DNA of 62,989 bases, taken from Thainema sp. Its GTDB lineage: Bacteria > Cyanobacteriota > Cyanobacteriia > Phormidesmidales > Phormidesmidaceae. The stretch covers positions 1 through 62,989 of the forward strand of contig JBQLZK010000043.1 of NCBI GenBank assembly GCA_052168235.1, given 5' to 3'. Each line of letters starts with the position of its first letter. Position 1 is the first letter of the stretch. Below are positions 30,087-39,340 of this stretch, in pieces. The position numbers and the translations under genes are program-made. The notes beneath the pieces were generated by a model. That model did not search any database and was not told where the DNA came from. It worked only from the letters and a program-made list of their open reading frames with translations.

Positions 30087-31757
30087 TTAACTGAGATGTT
30101 GCGACAGCCGGAGCGCTAAGGCAGCCAGCGTCCGGACGGGATTTGCTGTAGAACTGAGGGGCATCACAGACATATCGCAGACATAGAGCTGCTGCGTACC
30201 CACAACCCGCAGATCTTCATCCACCACTGAGTTGGCAGCGAACGGAGAATCTATTGCGGGTCGATAGGGCATCCGCAAGCTGCCAGCCGCGTGATGCACC
30301 GTTCCCCAGCCAAATCCTTTGCCGCCCTGGCCATAAAACCCATCCGGTTGTGCCGTTTGGCCATTGATTTGAAACTGCCCGAAAACTTGATCCGTCACCT
30401 GGTTCAACACGTTCCAGATATCCTGGGGACTCTTTTGCCACCCAGCAAATGCTGGCAGCCGTGAACCCGCTAGATAGTCCACCCAGCTTTGGTTGCGGAA
30501 TACAATCTCCGGCACGTAGCCAAACGGTGGGGCAGGCTTCACCTCGTTGTTCTCGTCCAGACAGTTGCCAAAGCTAAACTTGATATCGATCCGGGCACCT
30601 CCACCGCTTGGCCTGGGGCCAGCCTCTTGCGGGTCGTTCTCTCGCAAATGCCAGTATTCGTGGTTGATGTTCATCTCGATATTGAACGGGTAGCGAATTT
30701 GGTTGTTTCCGTCTCGCAATCCCTTCGAATAGAAGATAATCTTGGCGTGGTCGTCGGCCCGCAAGGGAACGCCACCAATGCTCGTGGCAAAGGTCGTCAC
30801 TTCGGTTGTGGTCGGATGGTCGGTTAAGCCTCGGCCCACCAAATCCTTAACCGATTGCGGTAGCGAGGGATACAAGCTAGAGCGGCGCAGCAGCTTCGGG
30901 CTTTCGATGGAGCCAGCCGCTAGGATCACCTTAGCCGCTTTGAAGATGCGGGCTGCTCCAGTTCGCGTATTACGAGCAACAATCTGGTAGTGATTGCCGT
31001 GATCCTGAACATCTTCAACAAACTGATTCACCAGCAAGTGCAGTCCTGGCCCATCGCCATGACTCACTCCCGGTGTCAGGCCCAGTTGGTTGACCAGCAG
31101 CTCGGCAGTATTGAACACACCCGTCGGCTCTGTGAAGAACTGGTGACTCGGCGTACCGTCTGCTTGCAGGTAGGGTTGGTGCAAGGCGCGAGGTGTTTCT
31201 TGGATATGGAAGTCATTGGCTAGCGGCGATTGTCTTAACTGCTCTACGACAGCTTTAGCCGTCAATCCCATGGAGTGAGACTCATTCATGGTTTTCCCGG
31301 CCTGCTCCAGCAGTCCCCCTGCCAGGTCTTGCCGTACAGAGCCTGGAAAGTAATCGAGTTCCCAGTCCTGCACGGCGGGAATGAGGCCAGACCAGAAGAT
31401 TGATCGACCACCAAAGTTGAGCTGTGGTTTTTCGCCAATATAGTTTTGGCTTGTGTTGTTGCCAGCCTGCCAGAACGTGTCGCAGCCAAAGTGTTTGGCG
31501 AGACTGAAGTTGGGGAAACGGGAAAAGTTGTAAACGTGGGTGGGATACAGAAATGAGCCAGCTTCCAGAACAAGAATGCGCTGCTGTGAACCCAGACGCT
31601 CAGCTAGGTCATCGGCTAGGATGCCGCCACCCATACCTGAACCGACAATGATGATATCGAAATCATCCCGAGAGCCTAGGTATTGCAAAAACAAGCGTTC
31701 TCTAGCTGCGGTTTCTTCTGAGACAAAATTAACGTAGGTAGAAGGATTGAACACCAT
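30087..31757 (-). CDS. GMC family oxidoreductase
   Basis: GSGMGG, LEAG, GGRSIFW, HHAAGSLRM and NPVRT motifs. Confidence 0.88.
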   Translation of the reverse strand: MVFNPSTYVNFVSEETAARERLFLQYLGSRDDFDIIIVGSGMGGGILADDLAERLGSQQRILVLEAGSFLYPTHVYNFSRFPNFSLAKHFGCDTFWQAGNNTSQNYIGEKPQLNFGGRSIFWSGLIPAVQDWELDYFPGSVRQDLAGGLLEQAGKTMNESHSMGLTAKAVVEQLRQSPLANDFHIQETPRALHQPYLQADGTPSHQFFTEPTGVFNTAELLVNQLGLTPGVSHGDGPGLHLLVNQFVEDVQDHGNHYQIVARNTRTGAARIFKAAKVILAAGSIESPKLLRRSSLYPSLPQSVKDLVGRGLTDHPTTTEVTTFATSIGGVPLRADDHAKIIFYSKGLRDGNNQIRYPFNIEMNINHEYWHLRENDPQEAGPRPSGGGARIDIKFSFGNCLDENNEVKPAPPFGYVPEIVFRNQSWVDYLAGSRLPAFAGWQKSPQDIWNVLNQVTDQVFGQFQINGQTAQPDGFYGQGGKGFGWGTVHHAAGSLRMPYRPAIDSPFAANSVVDEDLRVVGTQQLYVCDMSVMPLSSTANPVRTLAALALRLSQHLS

Positions 31758-31835
31758 AAACTTCTCAAGGTTAGGAGTCTAGACTGCACGGGCATGGTCT
31801 CCCCCAAACGGTCAGCGGGGTGGAGATCTTACTTA

Positions 31836-31885
31836 GCAGTTTGGCGAACAATCCCATGTTTGGGCGGCACCCATGCGGGTACTTT
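31836..31885. repeat. 50-bp direct repeat, copy 1
   Basis: 46/50 identical to 33502-33551. Confidence 0.9.
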
Positions 31886-31891
31886 ACCTTA

Positions 31892-32320
31892 CTAATCGCT
31901 GCCAACTTGTTTAGGGCGAACTTCAAATTCAGAACGCGCACGGAAGAAGCAAACATCAAACTCAAAGAAGAAATTAGCTTGCCCCAAGATCAAAGGCACA
32001 TTAGGCGCTTGTGTCCAAGCAAATGCGAGATCAACGGTGGGAAACGGATTGACTTGAGCATCAATAACGACTGCACGAGCTTCAAATCGAGCCAGGTTTC
32101 CTGCAAGTACAACCGAAAGTGTTTCGTTCTCCCAGATTAAGCCCAGTTGTAGGCCCAACTCGTAAGGCAGAACATTAACACTTGCACCTGTATCTAGTAA
32201 GCCTTCGGTGTTGAGGGATTGATCATTTAGGCTGAGCGTCAAAGGCAGATAGGCCATTCGATCAACCATGCCAAGACTGCTGTCAATGATTTTGTAGGGA
32301 AATCTTTGAGCGTCAACCAT
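31892..32320 (-). CDS. Retropepsin-like aspartyl protease
   Basis: LLDTGAS and ILGQANFF motifs. Confidence 0.82.
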   Translation of the reverse strand: MVDAQRFPYKIIDSSLGMVDRMAYLPLTLSLNDQSLNTEGLLDTGASVNVLPYELGLQLGLIWENETLSVVLAGNLARFEARAVVIDAQVNPFPTVDLAFAWTQAPNVPLILGQANFFFEFDVCFFRARSEFEVRPKQVGSD

Positions 32321-32531
32321 TCTTCTCTTGCTGCTTTGTCGCCAGAAGATTCATCAAGACATTGGCGGCTTCGGAGCAATTGTAGGGCGACCAGACGGGA
32401 TATTCTTGGTTTGCAACAAAAAAGTTTGCATCTTCTTCTTTGATCAGCTCTGCTGTAAGAAACTGCATTAGCCGAAGCTTGTCAATTTTTGGAAGCTCCT
32501 GGATTTGTGACATGAGTTCAGCTAATGACAT
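32313..32531 (-). CDS. Small hypothetical protein (partner of the aspartyl protease)
   Basis: 72 aa, overlaps the protease start; YPVWSP motif. Confidence 0.7.
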   Translation of the reverse strand: MSLAELMSQIQELPKIDKLRLMQFLTAELIKEEDANFFVANQEYPVWSPYNCSEAANVLMNLLATKQQEKNG

Positions 32532-32568
32532 CTAAGAATCTCCTCGCTTGAGGTTCAATGAAAAATTT

Positions 32569-32742
32569 AGGCTGCTAAGTAATCGCATTGATGTGATAGC
32601 GCTAGCATCTATAGTCTATCAACATCCCAATGAAACGGAGAAGTTAAAGATAGCAGTAGGATGCAAAGCGCGATCGCACTTCTTTCCAACAAAACAAACT
32701 GCGATCGCGCTTTTCTAAATTGCCAAGAATTTTGCGATCGCA
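32569..32742. repeat. Shared leader with HIP1 repeats, copy 1
   Basis: Aligns with 33250-33453. Confidence 0.8.
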
Positions 32743-32797
32743 GGCGAGGCAACGCTGCTAGCGCTGTACTCTATTCAATCTTCAGTTATAGCGTTCC

Positions 32798-32986
32798 CTA
32801 TAGTTCATCACTTTCCTGTAGGATCTGAGCCAGTAATGCTGGAGCAATTCGAAAGTTTGCATTGATTTTCAACTCGGTCAAAAATGCCGCAGGAATATAG
32901 ATTTGACCAAATTGCTGAGGCAGCAGGAACAAATGGTCAACGATCGCCAAATTGAGCAGGGGCGAGGTGTTACTGATGACGGGCAT
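32798..32986 (-). pseudogene. DUF3368 PIN toxin with internal deletion
   Basis: N-terminal VISNTSPL joined directly to a C-terminal-like FRIAPALL; only 62 aa. Confidence 0.7.
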
Positions 32987-33218
32987 AATTTAGGTCTTCT
33001 GCGAGTTCGGTTTCGGAGTAATGCCGAGGGATGTTCCGTTCGCCTAGAAGCTGGCTAAATTGGCGATGGTCAAGGTTGGCAAGTTCGAGGGCTTTGCCGA
33101 AGCTCAATAGTTCTTGGGCATAGAGGGCGATCGCAAGCTCTTTAAGTAGTTCGGCTTCGATACGGTTTTCGGGCAATCGGATGGATTGGATGATGGTTTC
33201 AGGGATAGGTAATTCCAT
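32970..33218 (-). CDS. UPF0175 family antitoxin
   Basis: ELAIALY, LSFGKA and RHYSETELAED motifs. Confidence 0.85.
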   Translation of the reverse strand: MELPIPETIIQSIRLPENRIEAELLKELAIALYAQELLSFGKALELANLDHRQFSQLLGERNIPRHYSETELAEDLNYARHQ

Positions 33219-33249
33219 TGACTAACCTCTTCTTAGACACCCTCTTAGG

Positions 33250-33453
33250 AGGCTGGGTAATCATATTGATGCAATATAGCTAGCATGTATAGTCTATCAA
33301 CTGCCTAATGGATTGACATGAGCATCATAAGCATTATCTCAATGAAATGGAGAAGTTAGAGATAGCAGTAAGATGCAAAGTATAATCGCAATTTCACGAC
33401 TTAATAAAACTGCGATCGCACTTTCCTAAATTGCCAGAAATTTTGCGATCGCA
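33250..33453. repeat. Shared leader with HIP1 repeats, copy 2
   Basis: Aligns with 32569-32742 and has an internal insertion. Confidence 0.8.
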
Positions 33454-33501
33454 CTTCTTTTTTAACTAGATATAACTGAGATCGCACTTTCCTAAATTGA
33501 C

Positions 33502-33551
33502 GCAGTTTGGCGAACAATCCCATGCTTGAGCGGCACCCATATGGGTACTTT
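33502..33551. repeat. 50-bp direct repeat, copy 2
   Basis: 46/50 identical to 31836-31885. Confidence 0.9.
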
Positions 33552-33553
33552 CG

Positions 33554-33631
33554 CTCGAATAGCAGCTTGGGCATCGTCTGCAACCAATTCGGAGCAGTTT
33601 CGACGGTTTATTGTGGATGTGGCGACTTATG
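33554..33631 (+). pseudogene. GNAT gene remnant
   Basis: AAWASSATNSEQFRRFIVDVATY vs AAWASSATDLEQFRRFVLNVTTY at 28893-28970. Confidence 0.85.
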
Positions 33632-33724
33632 CAGTATTATGCGGCTGGTACTTGCCTGACTCACAAGCACAAACCGTAATTCAGCCTGAGTCATTCAGTA
33701 CCGGAACAGGGCAGAGATCTAGTA

Positions 33725-34513
33725 TTAGGATAAATTTTCAGAAGATTCGAGTAGTCTGATTGCATATGCATCAGCTGCTATTTTCACCCAATCCGAATTG
33801 ATCCATAGTAACCAGGTAATAAGCAGAAAGAAACTTACCAGTAAACAAGCAATTGATAGTGGAGGACAGTTAGAGAATTGTAAGTTTGCGCCTGCTTGAA
33901 CTAAGCTGTCGATTTGCCAAGTTGCAAATATACTAAGTAATTCAATTTTATAAACGCACTGTGCTCCAATAAAAAACACACCTATAGATGAAGTTATAAT
34001 TCCAAGGGATTTCATTCCCAGCAAATTTCGTCGAAAACCATAATTGCAATTCTCTTCATAAATCAGGAAAAATTTGCTATGGTCGCGTGTCTTGGAAAGT
34101 AAAAATTGAGTACACGTATCGTATATTTGATCTGCTAAATCTGGATTAGCTAATTCTTCGCTTTCATTTGGCATAGGCTGCTTTGTCAAAGCAAATAACT
34201 TTCTGTGTTGGCGAGCCAAATTTATTTTATTTCGTGTATTACGGTATCGTAGGAAGGAGGTTGTAGGTTTCCCTCCCCAAACAGTGTACAATTCCTCTTC
34301 CTTAGCTTTACCCATATCACGAGCAAGTTGTGCCAAGAGCTTGAGTATTCCGAACCAAGCAAGCAAACTGACTACTCCCCCCCATGACCAAACATGATTT
34401 GGGAAAAATGCAATGATAGTCAATGCGATCGGCAAACTAACAAGTAATGCAGGTGCTAGTCTAGCCTTGCGGTTATAATCATCAAAATTCTTTTCAATAA
34501 AATCTATAACCAT
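33725..34513 (-). CDS. Multi-TM membrane protein, third gene of the MBL/E2-E1-JAB operon
   Basis: Two TM pairs around WGGKPTT and ENCNYGFRRN; AGGAG RBS before 34513. Confidence 0.75.
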   Translation of the reverse strand: MVIDFIEKNFDDYNRKARLAPALLVSLPIALTIIAFFPNHVWSWGGVVSLLAWFGILKLLAQLARDMGKAKEEELYTVWGGKPTTSFLRYRNTRNKINLARQHRKLFALTKQPMPNESEELANPDLADQIYDTCTQFLLSKTRDHSKFFLIYEENCNYGFRRNLLGMKSLGIITSSIGVFFIGAQCVYKIELLSIFATWQIDSLVQAGANLQFSNCPPLSIACLLVSFFLLITWLLWINSDWVKIAADAYAIRLLESSENLS

Positions 34514-34517
34514 ATGT

Positions 34518-36773
34518 TTACTCCTGTATTTGTCGTATTGACCATGTTTCCTGATTTTCACCAACAATGAGCATTACACCTGGCAGTCCATCACGATTGA
34601 GAATCTCAGCAAGATAGCTTAAGAGGCTGATATCATATCCACTCGGTCTAGCTGAGATTCCTGGTGGATGAGAATGCCATTCACCAATGTAGGACACAAT
34701 ATTAGCTGTCCGTGCTTTCGCCATTTTGATCTGTTCCTCAAGACCCTGAACGCCGCGTATAAATCCACTTGAATCTGCTGCACTATCTAAGGGAGCAGAG
34801 AGGATATCGACCACGAAGATTGACTGTAATTTTTGATCAAAATAGCCGAGTAAAACTCCGCCCGTTTCATTTGGAAGATTAGCAGCACGAATTTGCCTAG
34901 CCTTATCCTGCAAGCGAGCGTTCCATACAATGTTCCAACCATTAGCAGCCACAGTTAGGGTTGCAGCCACAGATACTGTGTGAACATTAATTGCCCCAGA
35001 TAGCTGCTCAACATGCCATACCGAGATTACAGCATCGGGGTACTCACATCTGAGCCTAACCTGCCCTGCAAGTGTTGCAGCATGAAGCTGAAGAAGCTCG
35101 ACTGGTATCACACTTGATACATCACGACATCCTGCACCAACCCAAAGATGTCCTTGATGTCCATGCAGATGTTGCTTACCCCAAACATTATTCAAGATGG
35201 CCTCGTAATACTGTGCCTCCAGTCCATCTAATCGCACATTGCGGTCTGAATCTTCTAGAAGTAAAACAGAGCCATGCCCAGAAGGAGTTAGAAAAACAGA
35301 TGCTGATCGCTTAAGGCTCTTAATCGCTAGATCACGCGGCACTGCAAGCGTAGTTGTTGCATCAACTACTAAATCTGCACTTTCAACAGCATTCTTTAAG
35401 TCTGCATTTGACCAATTAGTCACACTATCGACAATCGCAGAAGCTTTTGCATAGCCGTCAAAATAGGTTTCCTCTACTGTTTGTTTGACTGCATTTGCTT
35501 TAAACTGACCAACCTGAAAATGTTTAGCTGTATGTCGGGCTAAATTATGCGGCTTGATGTAATCGGGATCAACAAACATCCAGGTGCCCCACGCCTCTCG
35601 ATACCAAATATCGGCAAGACTACTACCAAGTGCTCCAACACCTGCAAGAACACCAGAGAAATCAGCAGTTTCCGTAGGAATACCCGAAGCCCGTCGTGCA
35701 GTTTCATGAGTGAGAGAGAATACGATCTCTATCGGTTCAACGTCAATAGAGCGCCAAGCATCATTAGAACTCAAATCTTCGCCAAAAGTAGGAATATTGT
35801 AGTAGTTACCATCTGTGCCATCTATTAGCACACCGCATGCTTCACCTAAATTCCCAAGATTAACGTTGAGATAGAAAGCTTTGTATTCATTTCGCTCTAC
35901 AACACTATCGCCACTTCGTTGAACAGGTATCTGAAAAATAAGAAGTGTTTTACTATCAGATACCTTTGGAGTTCCTTCTCCATCCACGCTGTGCTTAATC
36001 TCAGCACAAAGTAAATCGAATAGATTAGTGCCTCGCGCTGAAAATTGCTTGTCAAGTGTTCCTAAATCATATGGAAAAGGTTCAATAAAACCGTGAGCTA
36101 CTGGTTGAAGAGAAATAGCGAGACAGTTTAACTCTATCTGAATATTCTTTTTCTTAGATGCTTGTAAAAAGTATCCTAAAAAGACTCTATCCTCTACTCT
36201 TTTGAGCGTCAGGAACAATTCAGTATCCTGAATTTTTTCGTCAAAATTTGGAGGTAGGATAATCTCGAAGAGACTACGAAAATAGAACGGTTCAACTGGT
36301 TGATCTTCACGATGTAAAGTGCCTCTAGCGGTTTCAGAAAGCCACCATAATACTCGGTTAAGATGGCTTTGAGGAGTCCAAGAACGTTGCACTACTTCCC
36401 AGGGTTCAAAATAAAGGCATAATGACGCAGGTTCATCCTTCCTAACAAGGTTTTGGTGTAAGGTCACGGGGAAATTTTTTCGCAACGCTCGTACCTCAGG
36501 CATTTTGGTTTCTTCAGCACTGAAGATTAATCCAATACGCTCTTGATAGAGAATACCAATTCCGTTTTTGGTAGGAACACCATCATTAGTGCAATCAACA
36601 ACGAGCATTTCCGCAGTGCGTTGCCCGTCGTGAACAAAACATCTTAGCTCAATAAGCTCAAAAAATTTATGGGTAGAACAAACTCTAAAAACCCGACGCG
36701 AGATTGGTATAGTTAAAGCATCTTCAGTGAGTTCAGGAATTAATTCACCAAAGTTGGTATATATTTCTACCAT
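34518..36773 (-). CDS. E2-E1(ThiF)-JAB fusion (Cap2-Cap3-like)
   Basis: E2 LCLY; ThiF GVGALGS, DPDYIKPHNLARH and GAGCR; JAB ETGG and GEWHSHP..S..D. Confidence 0.9.
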   Translation of the reverse strand: MVEIYTNFGELIPELTEDALTIPISRRVFRVCSTHKFFELIELRCFVHDGQRTAEMLVVDCTNDGVPTKNGIGILYQERIGLIFSAEETKMPEVRALRKNFPVTLHQNLVRKDEPASLCLYFEPWEVVQRSWTPQSHLNRVLWWLSETARGTLHREDQPVEPFYFRSLFEIILPPNFDEKIQDTELFLTLKRVEDRVFLGYFLQASKKKNIQIELNCLAISLQPVAHGFIEPFPYDLGTLDKQFSARGTNLFDLLCAEIKHSVDGEGTPKVSDSKTLLIFQIPVQRSGDSVVERNEYKAFYLNVNLGNLGEACGVLIDGTDGNYYNIPTFGEDLSSNDAWRSIDVEPIEIVFSLTHETARRASGIPTETADFSGVLAGVGALGSSLADIWYREAWGTWMFVDPDYIKPHNLARHTAKHFQVGQFKANAVKQTVEETYFDGYAKASAIVDSVTNWSNADLKNAVESADLVVDATTTLAVPRDLAIKSLKRSASVFLTPSGHGSVLLLEDSDRNVRLDGLEAQYYEAILNNVWGKQHLHGHQGHLWVGAGCRDVSSVIPVELLQLHAATLAGQVRLRCEYPDAVISVWHVEQLSGAINVHTVSVAATLTVAANGWNIVWNARLQDKARQIRAANLPNETGGVLLGYFDQKLQSIFVVDILSAPLDSAADSSGFIRGVQGLEEQIKMAKARTANIVSYIGEWHSHPPGISARPSGYDISLLSYLAEILNRDGLPGVMLIVGENQETWSIRQIQE

Positions 36774-37913
36774 CTAGCCTGCCCTTGGTGTTGGAGAAGA
36801 AACAATAATGTTAATTCCAGAATTTCCAGTCATATTCAAACCGACTCCTGCGCTAGTGATATCAAACTCCAAAGGCTGTGGCTTTTGTTCGCTAGGTTCT
36901 TCCATAGTAACAACGAATCTTCGTCCACCAATCTGCTTCAAGTACCGTTCATAGCATTTTCTTGCTTGGATATGCGGTGGAAGTCCCTGTTGGTAGGCAT
37001 CCTTAGTATCAGGGATTGGTTTGCTTGAACTTACAATGTAAGCTCCTGATTGACCGTACATGAGCAGTTCTTCCACTAGAGGAAGAGGAATTGTTTCTTT
37101 CTCACCTTTGTCAGAATTTAGAGCATGATGGCTACAATGATGAGGAATGTTAAACAAATGCCATTTCAATCTATCTTCATTTTTGTGCTCTTTAGTAGTG
37201 TGTACAATATCCTGAAGCACGTCACAGGTTGAGTCTCCAACAGCAAGGTAGTTTGTTTGAATACCCGCAACCTCAAAACGAACCTGGAAAATAAGCGAGG
37301 CATCATTCCGTAAGTCATCTCCCTCATCGACATGCTTGATAAATGGGGAATGACAGAAAAATTCAACGCCATCATTCTCAAGAGAAAATCCTGGAACTGT
37401 TTTTCCAGCATTAACAATTAGCTCAAGACGTGACTCCACAGTCAAGCCATTTTTCTCAAGCCAACTTTTTAGCATTTTAGGTTTTGAGAAAACCTTAATA
37501 CCCTTACCTTTTAGAAGACGATGTCGGGCTTCTTGTCGCCAAAGGACAAACTCAGCTTTTGCTTTCCACTGCTCTGTTGTAGATGTTTCCAGTATCATAG
37601 CGGCTGGGACCCACAACTCATTCACTTTGATTCGTCCATCGCCTTGATATGTAGGATCGTGCCATAGCTCAAAGAACTCGGTACTGTGCAAGATGTGGTC
37701 TAAATCTGCATGAGTAAAAGCTAAAACATCGAAGTAGTCGCGTTTTGCTTCCGCAAGTTCGCTATGTAGTTGGCTTTTGAGATCAATAACAGGATCATCC
37801 TCATTCTCCCCACGATTCAAATGGCGAAAGTCGAACAATAGGCGCTTACCATTGCTTAAAATAATTTGGCTCGTATCACCATTTTGCGCTGGATAGAAAA
37901 TAACTTTGTGCAT
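36774..37913 (-). CDS. Metallo-beta-lactamase-fold hydrolase ending in Gly
   Basis: NGD, THADLDH, GD and PHHCS motifs; C-terminus TPRAG. Confidence 0.88.
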   Translation of the reverse strand: MHKVIFYPAQNGDTSQIILSNGKRLLFDFRHLNRGENEDDPVIDLKSQLHSELAEAKRDYFDVLAFTHADLDHILHSTEFFELWHDPTYQGDGRIKVNELWVPAAMILETSTTEQWKAKAEFVLWRQEARHRLLKGKGIKVFSKPKMLKSWLEKNGLTVESRLELIVNAGKTVPGFSLENDGVEFFCHSPFIKHVDEGDDLRNDASLIFQVRFEVAGIQTNYLAVGDSTCDVLQDIVHTTKEHKNEDRLKWHLFNIPHHCSHHALNSDKGEKETIPLPLVEELLMYGQSGAYIVSSSKPIPDTKDAYQQGLPPHIQARKCYERYLKQIGGRRFVVTMEEPSEQKPQPLEFDITSAGVGLNMTGNSGINIIVSSPTPRAG

Positions 37914-38214
37914 TAGCAGCCTCGCTTGGTATTGAACTTGAATGAGGTTGGAATCTACTGACAGCTTTGATTTACAGATTTCTTAACTTGAGTATCTGAA
38001 GCTGAAGAACAAGGTTGTCCTTGTGAGCTATCTTTACAAATCTACGAAATGTAGGCTTATTCACTGACACACAGCAGATATTGATCTCCAGCATTATCCT
38101 GAAATCCCTTGTTGAGACAGTGATACAATTGAATAAGCAAAAAAAGATTTTGAGAAAGCAGGCTACTTACACGTATGTTAGCGATATTTTTTGAAAAGTG
38201 CAAGTGTAATTGAA

Positions 38215-39060
38215 ATGGTTCGTAAAAAGGAAACAATTACGCTTTCCATCCCACCTGGAACTAAAGAGCAGTTAGAGGCTCTGGCCTATGACTTAGGTAT
38301 TATGTGGGGCGATAAGCCTAGTATTTCAGGGCTAATCACGGCGATCGCCCAACGCCAACTTGAGATTAGAAGTGTAATTACACTTGACTCAAGTCAAAAT
38401 ACTGCAATCAGACAAGCTATAAAACTCTTAGTTGACTCCGGTCGTATTGCCGATGCACAGACTTTAGCCCTTTTCCTCCTAGAACATGGCAATTTAGAGA
38501 CACCTTTACGCCAATCTCTGCTAGAACAAGTTAGTCATCCTACTGAATCATGGCGTAGAGTCATTGACCAACAACTTAAAGCTAAACAGCCTTTTCACCT
38601 GTTTTATGAAGACTCTCAGAACGAACAGATGGAGTTTACCGTTCGCTATGGCGAAATTCGCTTTTGGGAAAAGCGATTCTATCTAGAAGCTTGGTGTGAA
38701 GAAACGCAAGGTAGCTTAAATCTACCTGAACTAATCCATAATCGCTGTTTTCGGTTAGATAGAATTATCAACGTCCTGCCAGCAAGTGGTGATTGGCAAG
38801 ATCAACTTGAGTATATCGAAGTGCAATTAAAAGTATTGGGAAGGTTAGTAAAAGCTTATGAACCTAAACCAGATGATATATCCAATGAGGTAAAGGGCAG
38901 TGCCCGCTACATAGTTAGACGTGTGTCAAATACATTCTGGTTTATTCGAGAGATCTTACGTTATGGGGAAGAATGTCTGGTTTTATCTCCTGCAAGCGTG
39001 CAAAATCAATTAATAAATAAATTGAAGAAGCTTTGTGAGCACTACGAGTTTTCACCATAA
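38215..39060 (+). CDS. RHH-WYL transcriptional regulator
   Basis: ITLSI..WGDKPSIS N-terminus; YLEAWCEE, HNRCFRLDRI and FWFIREILRYG motifs. Confidence 0.9.
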   Translation: MVRKKETITLSIPPGTKEQLEALAYDLGIMWGDKPSISGLITAIAQRQLEIRSVITLDSSQNTAIRQAIKLLVDSGRIADAQTLALFLLEHGNLETPLRQSLLEQVSHPTESWRRVIDQQLKAKQPFHLFYEDSQNEQMEFTVRYGEIRFWEKRFYLEAWCEETQGSLNLPELIHNRCFRLDRIINVLPASGDWQDQLEYIEVQLKVLGRLVKAYEPKPDDISNEVKGSARYIVRRVSNTFWFIREILRYGEECLVLSPASVQNQLINKLKKLCEHYEFSP

Positions 39061-39340
39061 ATTTACAAAAAACAGTGCTTTGCCAAGCTTGTTTTGAGGT
39101 ATGAAAAAATTTTACGCTGACAGTCTACTAGAGAGCCATCTTATCTGGGAAGTCCGTCTTAATCTTGTCAGTGTGATAGGTATTGCTTGATTCAGAGCCA
39201 ACAATAAATTGGGCACGGAGATGTTTCACAAGCATATTGGGTAAGCCTTCGCTCCCCCAGGCGCAAGCAACTTTTTCAGAACCTTCTGTTTAGCATTATG
39301 CTGCCACCAAACGACAGCACAATACCTTTTGCTGCAACTA

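Noticed and set aside
33725..37913. CBASS
   Set aside because: No CD-NTase; an MBL-fold protein occupies that position.
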